NCBI GenBank assembly: GCA_964016885.1
Contig: OZ024746.1
Coordinates: 98,084,001 to 98,148,000 of the forward strand
Direction: 5' to 3'
Origin: Eledone cirrhosa
Taxonomy: Eukaryota
Length of the DNA stretch: 64,000 nucleotides
Of this stretch, positions 51,867 to 64,000 are shown piece after piece. Under the pieces are notes generated by a model that was given only the letters and a program-made list of their open reading frames with translations, ran no database searches and was not told the DNA's origin. A program made the translations under genes and the position numbers. Each line of letters starts with the position of its first letter. Positions within the stretch are counted from its first letter, which is position 1.

Positions 51867-51932
51867 CTGGGCGGTAGATATCTTGTCTTTAAAACGTAGA
51901 AATATCCGAGACCCCCAGTAGACAACTGATGA
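51867..51932 (+). ncRNA. Candidate non-circularly permuted hammerhead-like RNA, copy B
   Basis: GATAT-C-TTGTCT..GAAATATC..AGACAA-CTGATGA. Confidence 0.5.
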
Positions 51933-52051
51933 GGACCCCCCCCCTCCCCCGTTCTTGCTTTCTTCGTATTCCCACTGCATTTTAAGTTACCTTAAATAGC
52001 AACTACACAGCCATTTCTATTCTCCATATATTTCATCATATATATATATAT

Positions 52052-52197
52052 AGGAGAAAGTATGACCCCGACGGCAGAGCTCAAGCCGTTTCTGCCGCCG
52101 GGGTCATACTTTCTCCTATTACCCACTCTACTACCATATGTATTGAGTACTCTGGTGTGTTATAGTCCATCTGGTTCCTTACCACAACTCCTTCGTT
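52052..52197. mobile_element. PLE terminal fragment with short inversion (family of 15960-16160)
   Basis: GGAGAAAGTATGACCCCG mirrored; half-hammerhead on minus strand; (TA)n flanks. Confidence 0.7.
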
Positions 52198-54098
52198 ATA
52201 TATATATATATACATACACACATATATACATACACACATATATACATACACACATATACATACACACATATATACATACACACATATACATACACACATA
52301 TATACATACACACATATATACATACACACATATATACATACACACATATATACATACACACATATATACATACACACATATATACATACACACATATATA
52401 CATACACACATATATACATACACACATATACATATGGATACACATTTTTGGATGGCCGTTGTCCCTTATGAGTTCTTCCGCCCCTTGTCACGTTTTTTTT
52501 TTGTCCTGCAGGGTGTCCAAAATCCCCCTCCTCACCAAGTAAACTTGGTGGGGTTGCCGGTTTAGTCACCGACGAACCGACCATGTGACTGGTTGCACTG
52601 GGTTACATGTTACCAGTGACACTGAAGAGTGACCCGACATACACACACATGCATACACACACATGCATACACACATATGCATGCAAGCATACCATCGTGT
52701 ACTACAAGCAGTGCGTTGAGCCAGTGCTTGTTCCGGTTTCATGGCGTGAATCGACTGAGAGTACAAGATATCCCCCTGGACAGGGCGCCAGTCCATCGCA
52801 AAGTTAAACCCCTAGCTGCTGCTGGTACTCATTTTCAGCTGAGCATACTGAAGCAACGTGAAATGAAGTGTTTTTCTCAAAGCACAACACGCAAGCCAGG
52901 AATCGGACCCACGACATTACGATTGTAAGTCCCAAACCCTTACAACTAGGCTATGTGCGTTCACTTTATATACACACGTACACACACACACACACATATA
53001 CATAGGCACATGCGCACGCGCGGACACACACAGACACATGGGTATACAAAATGATAGTATAGTCTCGATTGGAATATATTTTCATCATATGTTTGCTGAA
53101 ATAAGCTGAACAATAGCAACAACAACAACGACAACAACAACTACAACAAAAATGCCCACAACTGTTGCTTTATTTTTCACAAGACTTAAAATGGCGAATA
53201 TTTGACGGAGTGCCCTTGGTAATTGTACTGCAAATGTCTTTCTGTGGATCATAGAAAAGGAACTGACGTGACATCAACCATATTCAGCTTCATGTTTGTT
53301 GATTCCTTTCTCCTCGGTGTATATCGTTTCTAGAACTGATTAATGCAGTTGACCGATTAAATTTAACATTGATCTTCCCACATTAATTTTCAGCGTGAAA
53401 ACACACTTCAAAGGTGAGAAGGAAGTTAAGCTTTTTGACGCAGTGCTCAATTGTGGAAAATATTATGTAATGTTCCATATATATATATGAATGCTTAATA
53501 TATTTGTTGAGCTCGTTAGATAACATTAAGCTCCTTGCTCGACAAAAGAGTAAGCTATGCATACAACTGTTATATGTCGCTTAGAATGAGCGAATCTGAG
53601 GTGACCTTTCCAATTTCATTTAGTCATTAGATACAAAACTAAAACCAAAACAGCAAGAAAACAAAGTAATTTTCTGAAGCCATGGGTATTTATTGAACAT
53701 ATATTTCATCGAACATCAAAGCCATAAAATGGGTCGATTAAATATTAATTTTATTGATCGAGTTTTAGCATGGAGAAATTAATTCTAGAATTCCTATATT
53801 GAAAAATGCTGTTATTCGAGGAACTGTTTGTCAGAACATACGTACTTGTTGACACTACAATGATTTCTTTGATTTATTTATTGGCTCCCGGTGCTGAAAA
53901 TTTATGGTTTCTAATTTAAGCACAAGGCCACAATTTTAGAAGGGGAAAAGTTGATTGAATATCGACCCCAGTACATAATTGGTACTATGTTGTATCAACC
54001 TCTTTTTCTCTTGAGATGCTAAGTTACTGGACATAAACGCACACTGGACATAAACGCACACACATACACATGCCCACAAATATATATACATATATAGA

Positions 54099-54440
54099 TA
54101 TTATTCAAAATATTAATAAATGAAAAATATTCTCATAAACAAAATATATATTTTATTATACATATTTCAACGGTACAATGGTTTTTAAGTACATTTTCAT
54201 CAGATAAAATATATATATCCAATCTCTTATATATTTTATCTGATGAAAATGTACTTAAAAACCATTGTACCGTTGAAATATGTATAATAAAATATATATT
54301 TTGTTTATGAGAATATTTTTCATCTATAAATATTTTGAATAATATTAAATACTCCAGAAAAATTTCTGCCGAGTGCTTTTAACCTATTGTAAAATTGTAT
54401 TCGTTGAATAATCAACGAACCATATCAACTTTGGTCATAC
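54099..54440. mobile_element. Inverted pair of Hydra-type pLTR fragments, hammerheads at 54149-54211 (-) and 54232-54294 (+)
   Basis: TATTTTAT-CTGATGA-AA..GTAC..GTAC..TT-GAAA-TATGTATA-ATAAAATA in both arms. Confidence 0.75.
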
Positions 54441-54695
54441 ATCTATAGATAGATAGATAATATATATATATATGTATGTGTGTGTGTGTGTGTGTAAATA
54501 AATAGACAAAAAGCAGGCTTTGTTTACAAACAGGTAGCAAATTTGAAAATTAGGTAGTGACATGTGCTTACGCCGTATTTGACTGGCGTAAGCATATGTG
54601 ACTATCTAATTTTATATATATGTATAATATATATATATATATTCTCTTTTACCTGTTTCAGCCATCCGGCTGAGGCCATGCTGGGGCACCGCCCT

Positions 54696-54752
<57 letters not shown>

Positions 54753-54888
54753 CTTCATCTTCGAATAAAACAGTTCTAATCCTATAGAAGCCATTTCTAT
54801 ATTAAATTTGTTGTACACACTCTACTAATGTATTGAGTACTTTACTTACTGTGATTACCTGCGATTGAATCCTGGAGTCATATGAATA

Positions 54889-55175
54889 TCTATATATATA
54901 AAGTTTTATTTCTGTCTGTTTGTTTGTTCAGGAACTACTCCTATGGTTTGGGAGATAGAACCCCATAAACATATATATTCTGAAACTACATTGCTCAGGG
55001 TACTTGGATAAGTATATTTCATTTTAATCAACGGGTTCCCCGGGGCCACAAACCCCCGTTGGAAACCCCCGTTGAAAGTGTCTTCCCTTTGATTTATATG
55101 AAATTTAAACCGCAGGTAAATGACAAGATATGATGCTAGTCACAAAATTTCAGCAAATTTCAATAATATTAAGAC
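54889..55175 (+). mobile_element. Possible Helitron-like 5' end
   Basis: A|TCTATATATATAAAG then TCTGTCTGTTTGTTTG; no clear 3' hairpin. Confidence 0.35.
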
Positions 55176-55179
55176 ACCC

Positions 55180-55251
55180 GATGTGTTTGTGTAAATGGTA
55201 GCACAGTGGTCCGGATAACCAAAGATGTGGGTTCGACTCCCATGTACGTCA
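55180..55251 (+). pseudogene. tRNA-like cloverleaf (pseudo-tRNA or SINE head), apparent anticodon GGA
   Basis: 72 nt; acceptor GATGTGT/GTACGTC, D GTGT/GCAC, TGGT/ACCA, T GTGGG-TTCGACT-CCCAT; lacks U33 and the Ser long variable arm. Confidence 0.55.
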
Positions 55252-55353
55252 ATACTCATCTTTTCCATTTCTCCGAGGGTTCTTAACCCCACTATCAGGC
55301 TAAATAATTTCTTTAATTTCTTTAGTCAAAATACGGCGATAGCTTACATTTCT

Positions 55354-55434
<81 letters not shown>

Positions 55435-55435
<1 letters not shown>

Positions 55436-56125
55436 AAATAAAAAAGAAAATGTCACTCTACATGGCTGAATACTATAAATGCAATCTGAGTTTTTCGAAT
55501 ATTGATATTAAACATTCGATTCGTTTGCAATTATACAAACAAGCCTCAATTTTATAGCCATGTCAGTAGAATGAACACTTCATTCTTGCTCTTGCGTTGG
55601 CATGCGAACAGAACTGCAGACACTTGTTTGCATAATTGCCAACGAATCGAATATTATTATTAATATTCGAAAAACTCAGATTACATTTATTGTATTCAGC
55701 CATGTAGAGCAAAATTTTCTTTTTTATTTGTATTTGGCAAAGCCGGCCATTTATCGCTCGTATACAGGAAACTGACTGGCCAGTCTGCTGATATGCATAT
55801 CTGGCTGATCAGTGGATCTGCTAATATGCAGATCTGACTGATCAGCCAGTCTGCTAATATGTAAATCAGGCTGATCAGTCACTGTATATTTTAGAAAATA
55901 GCATATATTTTCACTAGCTCTGGCAGTTTGGCAGGTGAACAGTGAGCTGTACTGATGAAGGGTGATACCCAGAAACATTAGTGTCTGCAGTTCTGTTCGC
56001 ATGCCAACACAAGAGCAAGAATGAAGTGTTCATTCTACTGACATGGCTATAAAATTGAGGCTTGTTTGCATAATTGCAAACGAATCGAATGTAATTATTT
56101 ATATTCGAAAAACTCAGATTACATT

Positions 56126-56130
<5 letters not shown>
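55435..56130. mobile_element. PLE pLTR with nested inverted copies
   Basis: 55475-55624 mirrors 55980-56128; 55440-55540 mirrors 55625-55725; (TA)n flanks. Confidence 0.75.
55944..55993 (+). ncRNA. Type I hammerhead ribozyme motif
   Basis: GAGCTGTA-CTGATGA-AGGGTgatACCCA-GAAAC-ATTAGT-GTC-TGCAGTTC; 8-bp stem I. Confidence 0.8.
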
Positions 56131-56179
<49 letters not shown>

Positions 56180-56185
<6 letters not shown>

Positions 56186-56600
56186 TTAGAATTGGAGCTC
56201 TGAAATAGCAATATATATATGGATGTGTATATAATGTATTTTGCAATACACTTTATGCTTAATTAAAAGCATTTTGAAGACCGTAAGCTATTGTTTTAAA
56301 GTAGTGACAAATTCACTCACTTTGATCTCAGCAAACAGAGGGACAAGACTTGTTTCGCTTTGGTTGAAGCTTATCAAGGCCAACATCAATGATCTCAGCA
56401 GACAGGTGGGGTAGTTGGCCTTGATAAGCTTCAACCAAAGCGAAACAAGTCTTGTCGGCTTATCTCCCCTGTTTGCTGAGATCAAAGTGAGTGAATTTGT
56501 CACTACTTTAAAACAATAGCTTACGGTCTTCAAAATGCTTTTAATTAAGCATAAAGTGTATTGCAAAATACATTATATATACATCCATATATATATATAT
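56180..56600. mobile_element. Inverted pair of PLE pLTR fragments
   Basis: About 56213-56384 mirrors 56414-56595; terminal part also at 15005-15085 and 22605-22665. Confidence 0.8.
56417..56460 (+). ncRNA. Type I hammerhead with U3-A8 core variant
   Basis: GGCC-TTGATAA-GCTTcaaccaAAGC-GAAACAAG-T-CTTGTC-GGCT. Confidence 0.7.
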
Positions 56601-58027
56601 ATTTACGGCGGTCTTCTGCAGTTTCCATTTACCAGATTTTGCTCACAAACACAGGTTAACAATAGTCAAAGACACTCGTATAAGGTTTCATGAAGCGAAC
56701 TCTTAAACCACACAGCTATGACTGTAGTTGCTTCAACCATACGAATTTAAAACTAGGGATTGTATCTCAGAACATTGAAGATTGATACTACACTAATCGA
56801 AAACACTCGACAGTGTGGGAAGCAGTAACTGTCTATATTGGCAAAGTTTTGTTCAATATATGTCTATGTCTCTTAATTCCTTGTAGAGTCAGAGGTTATT
56901 TTAAATCGGGGGACTAACATTGTAAGGGGATGGGAAAATTGATACTAGACATTGGTTGTTTTCCGCTTTTACAAATATACTAACTTCTAATCCGCTTTCT
57001 ATGATTTAATTCTGTTGACTAACTCAATCTTTATGGCATAACTGTATGGTTAGGAAGTTTGCTTTTCAACTACAAGGTTTGAGAAAATGTCCTCTACTAT
57101 AGATGATGTGGGTTGACCAAAATGTTGTGAGTGCCATTTGGTGAGGAAACTGTTTGATAAGCTGTCAGAGGAACATTTCTTGTTTGTAGGTGATAAACTT
57201 AATGTTACCTGGTTTAATACTACCACTTGGATCGTGGATGTATCTATTGGAGTCCACTCTGTTGATTTCTTACAAAGAGAAATATATGTATATAAATATG
57301 TTTACCGGGCACACGAGAAGGGCATTTTTTTTTTTTGGCCTGCGGCATATCAAATGTTCGGATTTTTCACCTGAAGATATCATTTCCATACCAACAACAA
57401 ATGCATCTGTTACATCATGGATTGCATAAGGGAACCATTGAGATATAATGAATAAACTATTTATGTAATATCAGCATTTTAAAAATGTTATTCTTATATA
57501 TATATATATATCAAAATGAATTAACGGAGTCAGAAACACCCGTTAGTCCCTGTAATTCATGAGCTCAAAGGAAAATGAATCCTTGGCTCTTCAAATATAA
57601 AGCGAGTTTCTGAATCCGTTACTTTATTTTGATATATTGCCCCTAACAACGGTTTCTCTCTCTGTGTTTTTCGAGCGCCTTAATTTGAGTGGGTTTGGCC
57701 TGCCATTTCTAGCGACTCATCCCATTCAAACCTCTAGTCTACTGTCTCGTACACGCATTTCCTTCTCCCACGTGTTGCAAGTCATTTACTTTAAGTTCTG
57801 AAATGTATACACCTAACACACGCTGATAAACCTCAGTGAATTCAATTCCAGCACTGAATTCTGGCGAAACATTCTCTCTCAGTTTGTACGTGTGTGATAT
57901 ATAGATATAAAGATGGCTTGTCTCATTTTGATTTACCTTTTTAATCATAATCTGTCTACCTCACCTTTCTTAGTTTATAAGTTCCATACGCTAGTGGTAC
58001 CCCCTGTAACATAATAAACACTCTCTC

Positions 58028-58088
<61 letters not shown>

Positions 58089-58216
58089 AAGTTATATTTA
58101 AAATTGTTGGGTTACAACTAGTAAATATTTATAACTGATATAAAAGCACTCGACAAATATTTGGAGTATATTTACAATATTAAATAAATGGAAAACTATA
58201 TTTATAAAACCATATT

Positions 58217-58282
58217 TATTTCATTATATATATTTCGGGGATATCATATTAACAATATGCTATGCCTTCATCAGACAAAATA
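58217..58282 (-). ncRNA. Type I hammerhead motif in inverted pLTR
   Basis: Mirror of 61931-61996. Confidence 0.7.
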
Positions 58283-58542
58283 CAATATAAACAGTTTTAT
58301 AGATAAATATATTCGACATACCGTAATAAACATCAACTTCATTTGAAGAGGTTTACGCTAGCAGTGAAAATACAGAGAGAAAGAAAGAGAGAAAGAAAAG
58401 AGGGAAAAAAGAAAAAGAAAGAAAGAAAGACAAAACGAAGAAAAGGAAGAAAAAGAAGAAAAAGAAAAAGAAGAAATGCATGGGACAAAATAGAGAGATG
58501 GAAAAATAGATAAAGCGAAGAGCTTCATGTAAAGAGACAGAA

Positions 58543-60382
58543 GTGCGGAAAGACATGTATAATGGCCTCATACTGAAAGAGCTGAGGAAAAAATACAAGG
58601 TAGCAGATAAGGCCGAACTTGAGAAAATGAATGTTGAAGCATTTTGTATAATGCATGAGTTGGAAATTGAGAACAGAACACAACCTTTCGTGCCCAGGAA
58701 ACCGAAGATCAATATGAAGGACCACAAGAGGAATTTTGAAAATGACCTGCCAGTTAGATTGATCGCACCTTCAAAATCGGACCTGGGCAAATTAAGCAAA
58801 AACATTCTTGACAGGGTGATACTGCAAATTAAGAACTTGGATTGTGTATCTAACCTGAGCTTGTGGAGAGGAACTGGAGAGGTTGTTGAGTGGTTTAGGC
58901 AAATTAAATATGACAATAATAATAGGTTTATTCAACTTGATATAGCTAACTATTATTCTTCTATTACCCCTAGTCTACTAAATAAGGCACTAAATTACGC
59001 ATTCAAACATACGGACCTAACTAGCAAAGAAATGCATATTATATTATCGGCTAGGAAAACTTTGATAGAATTTAATGACAAATTATGGACCAGAGCAGAT
59101 AGAGATAGCAATTTTGACATAACTATGGGATCTTCCGACTCAGCTCAGGTAACTGACCTTGTGGGCTTATTTTTAATCAATTCGCTACATAGGAAAATAC
59201 CTGGTACTACCGGAGGTTTATATAGGGATGACATGCTTTTACTTATTAATAATAATAACCCTGAACTAAATAGAAAATGTAAACAAATTACAAATTTTTT
59301 TAATTACTTTAACCTTAAAATAGAAATTGAGAACAACCATAGAATAGTCAATTTCCTAGATATAACATTAAATCTCAACACATGTCTCCACTATCCTTTT
59401 CACAAGTTGAATGAAAACTTAAACTATGTCAACTTTAACTCTAACCACCCCAGATCTGTCAAAAACACTATAGTAAACTCAGTCCAAAAACGTATCTCTA
59501 GGATCTCGTCGAATAGAAAGATTTTTGACGAAAAGGCCCAATACTATAATGATGCACTAGCTAGGGCAGGGTATGCTGATAAGATTGTGTACATAGATAA
59601 TGATAGACAAACTAAACAAAGTAACAACTTTTTTAATTACGGCAACAACATTAACAACTATAATAGAAAGCATTACAATAATTCCAAAGGACAAAAAAGA
59701 AATAGAACTAGGAACATAATTTGGTTTGCCCCCCCCCCTTTCTCACTAAACATTAAAACCCACATCGCTAAATTATTTTTCAAAGCTCTTGATAATCGCT
59801 TCCCTAGAACACATAGGTATCACTCAATCTTCAATAGGCATACAATTAAATTAACCTACTCATCCACCAAAAATTTAGCACAAAATATTAATAGAATAAA
59901 TAATAGGAACTTAAAACCTACTGATAATAGCATAAATAATATACAAGTTAACAAATGTAACTGTAGAGATAGATCTAAATGTCCGTTAAATAACAACTGC
60001 TTAGTTAAAAATATAGTATACAATTGTAATGTTAATACTGACTTTAATTCTTTTAACTACGTCGGTTCCACATCGACGGAATTTAAACTTCGCTATAATA
60101 ACCACAAGAATTCTTTCACAGATCCAAATAAAAAATCTTCAACGGCACTATCAGGGGTACTCTGGCAACTTAAGCTAGATAACGTTAGATATTCGACGGC
60201 TTGGAATATAGTTTCAAGAGGGATTCCTTTTAATTCATCCTCTGACATGTGACCTCTGCGCAGAGGAGATATTCTTTATACTAAAATCTAAAAATTCCCT
60301 TAACCTACGGACAAATTTATTCAGTTGTTGCAAACATAGATTAAACTCAACGTTTAAATATAAATTTAAATTTAAAATGTAG
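58543..60382 (+). CDS. PLE reverse transcriptase plus GIY-YIG endonuclease, 5'-truncated, one frameshift near 60245
   Basis: MKDHK, PVRLI, LDIANYYSSI, TMGSSDSAQVTDLVGL, YRDD, FLDI; CNCRDRSKCPLNNNC linker; IVY..YVG..FKLRYNNH; shifted tail CDLCAEE..LNLR..CKHR. Confidence 0.9.
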
Positions 60383-61537
60383 TATATTTAGTTTGATTTA
60401 TATTTATATGAGAACTAGCCGATAAATCTTTTGATTCCTAAATCTTTGATTCCCTCTTTTTACTCTTTTTATTGTTTATTTTATTTTATTTATTTTTTTT
60501 TTTATTTTTTTTTTGTCTAAACATTCCTCATGAAAAATTAAGCTACCCTAAAAGCCGATGCTCCAAATTTTTTGAATTAACCTTACACTAGATAAACTTC
60601 TATATTAAATATAGGAACATATGTAGACATTATTGGACATCATAATCTTTTTTTGCGATATTCTTTGCTAGATGTGATTTGATAGATAATTTTTGGCTTT
60701 GTCTTGTAATGAACTTGGCAATATATTGTCAATTAACTTTGAAGGGTTGTTCTTTGTGGTTTATTTTTATTTTCATTTTTATTTTTATTTTTATTTTTAT
60801 TTTTATTTTTATTTTTATTTTTATTTTTATTTTTATTTTTATTTTTATTTTTATTTTTATTTTTATTTTTATTTTTATTTTTATTTTTATTCTTTTAGTA
60901 TTGTAGTATTCTATAATATTTTTATTTTTTTATTTTATTTTTAATATTTTTATATGTAAATTTTTAATACGTAATATTTTTCAATACGTAGTATTTTTAA
61001 TATGCAATATTTTTATTATGTAATATTCTTTCGTAATATTTTTTTAGTTTTCTATTCCATATTTTTATATATTTTTACTTATTATTATTATTATTATTGT
61101 TATCTTTGTTTATAATATAATATATATTTTCGATTAGTATATTGAAATCTGCTCTCTATTTCTGCTTGATAGATAATCTTGTAGAGTAATCGCAAGAATA
61201 ATAATACGCTCAAATTTTTATACCACATTGAGAATGTTTTCCGGTAACCTAGAGTTTGCGGAGTGAATCAGTTGGATTCACATTGATGTTTGTAGCTGTC
61301 ACATAGACATATGAATTTTTAAAACTAAACATAAGATAATGAATTTTCACACATTGTGAATACTTGTTTCATTCAGGAATACTGATATTTACAATATAGT
61401 GTAAGTTTTATAAATACTAATACATTAAAACATAGGGTTTTCTACGCCTCGAATATGTCTGGCTATTTTTAAATTTTTTTCTCTCTATATATCTCTCTAT
61501 ATCTCTCTATATATCTCCCTTACATTAATACTTGAGC

Positions 61538-61568
<31 letters not shown>

Positions 61569-61930
61569 ATGTATCATTGATACACTTACTCAAAATGACC
61601 TCCCACTACATAATTTTCTATATATATATATGTATCTATCTCTATTTCCTCTCTCTCTCTATATATATATATCTCTTTCTGTCTCTTTACATGAAGCTCT
61701 TCGCTTTATCTATTTTTCCATCTCTCTATTTTGTCCCATGCATTTCTTCTTTTTCTTTTTCTTCTTTTTCTTCCTTTTCTTCGTTTTGTCTTTCTTTCTT
61801 TCGTTTTTCCCTCTTTTCTTTCTCTCTTTCTTTCTCTCTGTATTTTCACTGCTAGCGTAAACCTCTTCAAATGAAGTTGATGTTTATTACGGTATGTCGA
61901 ATATATTTATCTATAAAACTGTTTATATTG

Positions 61931-61996
61931 TATTTTGTCTGATGAAGGCATAGCATATTGTTAATATGATATCCCCGAAATATATATAATGAAATA
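61931..61996 (+). ncRNA. Type I hammerhead motif in 3' pLTR
   Basis: TATTTTGT-CTGATGA-AGG..CATATT gtt AATATG..CCC-GAAA-TATATATA-ATGAAATA. Confidence 0.7.
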
Positions 61997-62034
61997 AATA
62001 TGGTTTTATAAATATAGTTTTCCATTTATTTAAT

Positions 62035-62883
<849 letters not shown>

Positions 62884-62884
62884 G

Positions 62885-64000
62885 CGAGGTTTTTAATATA
62901 TCACAACAAATAGATGACGAGACAGAGGCACAGTTCACCATAGTTAGAAATAAGATACGACACATAGTAGACCGATATACTAAGCGACAAAGCAGACCAG
63001 AGGTCCAACAACCTGGAAGGAAACCTGTAGAAGGCTTAGTTAGCCTCACGCCGCACAAGGGATGGTGAGGTAGTATGTCTACCCACGGATAAGTCTGGTA
63101 GATGTCAATAGACACCATGACGAACTACATCAAGGCTATGCAAACCTCACATCACCAATACGAGCGAAATTACACACCAAATACATGAGGGGAGAGAGAA
63201 GATCCTCAACGCTCACATGATGATGTGGACCGACATCCTAAAGCCGACGCACTGCCAACAACTTCCAGGCGTCTAACAATGACATACCACCCTTGTATGG
63301 GCTCCGCAAGGATCATAAGACAGTCGACGACCCGACAACAGGACCACCAATAAGACCTGTATGCGGAGCCAATATCGCTAGCAACTACAGGATCTCCTAC
63401 TTTCTCTCAATGGTTATACGCCCCATAATCAAGATGTTCCCAGATGTATAGTGACAGTACAGAGGACCTCCTCAGCAGAATCAGTGAGTGCAACAAAAAC
63501 AAAAACCTATCCAATTGCATAATAGGCAGTATGGCCGTGGTATCACTATACCCATCCATTAACCTTGATTTTGTTGTGGAAAAATGTGTGGAGATGATCA
63601 GTGAGAGTGAGGTGGTGTTCTGCGACGTCGACACAGACGAACTGGGCCTCCTACTTAGACTTACCTATGACACTGACTACCTAGACAACCATGACCTTAG
63701 CTGTTTCTGCCCCAGTAGACCCATAAGCGGTAGACCCTCCACCATAACCTCAATGGTAAAAATGACTCCCATGGGAAGGTGGATTGGGTGGACCAAATCC
63801 ATACGGCCCCACCAAAACAATGATCAGGTAAGAAAAATGGTCGCATATAGGGGCTAGTATTAAAACTACCCTAAAGGGCCACATATTCAAATTCAACGAG
63901 AAGATCTACACCCCAAATGAGGGAGCAGCCATGGGCGTCAGCATAGCTGGTGACGTTGCCAACCTTTTTATGGTATGGTGGGAAAGGAGACTCAAAGATC
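62885..64000 (+). mobile_element. Frameshifted Naiad-type PLE reverse transcriptase, runs off window
   Basis: PTDKSG, LYGLRKDHK, PIRPVCGA, STEDLL, GSMAVVSLYPSI, long insert, then HIFKFNEKIY..GAAMGVSIAGDVANLFM. Confidence 0.75.

Noticed and set aside
53185-53460. Possible promoter or exon (AAAATGGCG, TGACGTGA)
   Set aside because: Short motifs expected by chance; no convincing ORF or splice pattern
60250-60252. TGA in PLE ORF as possible selenocysteine codon
   Set aside because: Conserved C-terminal motifs continue in another frame, so this is a frameshift

Overview
AT-rich, microsatellite-dense eukaryotic DNA. The SINE families and repeat content resemble an octopus/cephalopod genome (inference). 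No host gene can be confidently called; one weak two-exon candidate lies near 57.2-57.5 kb on the minus strand. Nearly all short ORFs in the track are microsatellite or SINE artefacts. The window is a transposon graveyard: two tRNA-derived SINE families, RTE, Tx1/L1-like, R4/Dong-like and CRE-like LINE fragments, a full-length DD37D (maT) Tc1/mariner element, Tigger and hAT MITEs, non-autonomous Helitrons and many Penelope-like elements (PLEs) sitting in (TA)n tracts. The PLEs include a near-complete Hydra-type RT+GIY-YIG copy, a second Hydra-type RT and a Naiad-type RT. The main hidden layer is RNA structure: about 20 hammerhead ribozyme (HHR) motifs from at least 8 PLE terminal-repeat families, several with compensatory base changes. 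The most unusual signal is a repeated hammerhead-like motif (19822-19883, 51867-51932, partial at 48716-48801) whose three core strands are in a non-circularly permuted order, with covariation in stem III. All folds were made by eye and are untested.
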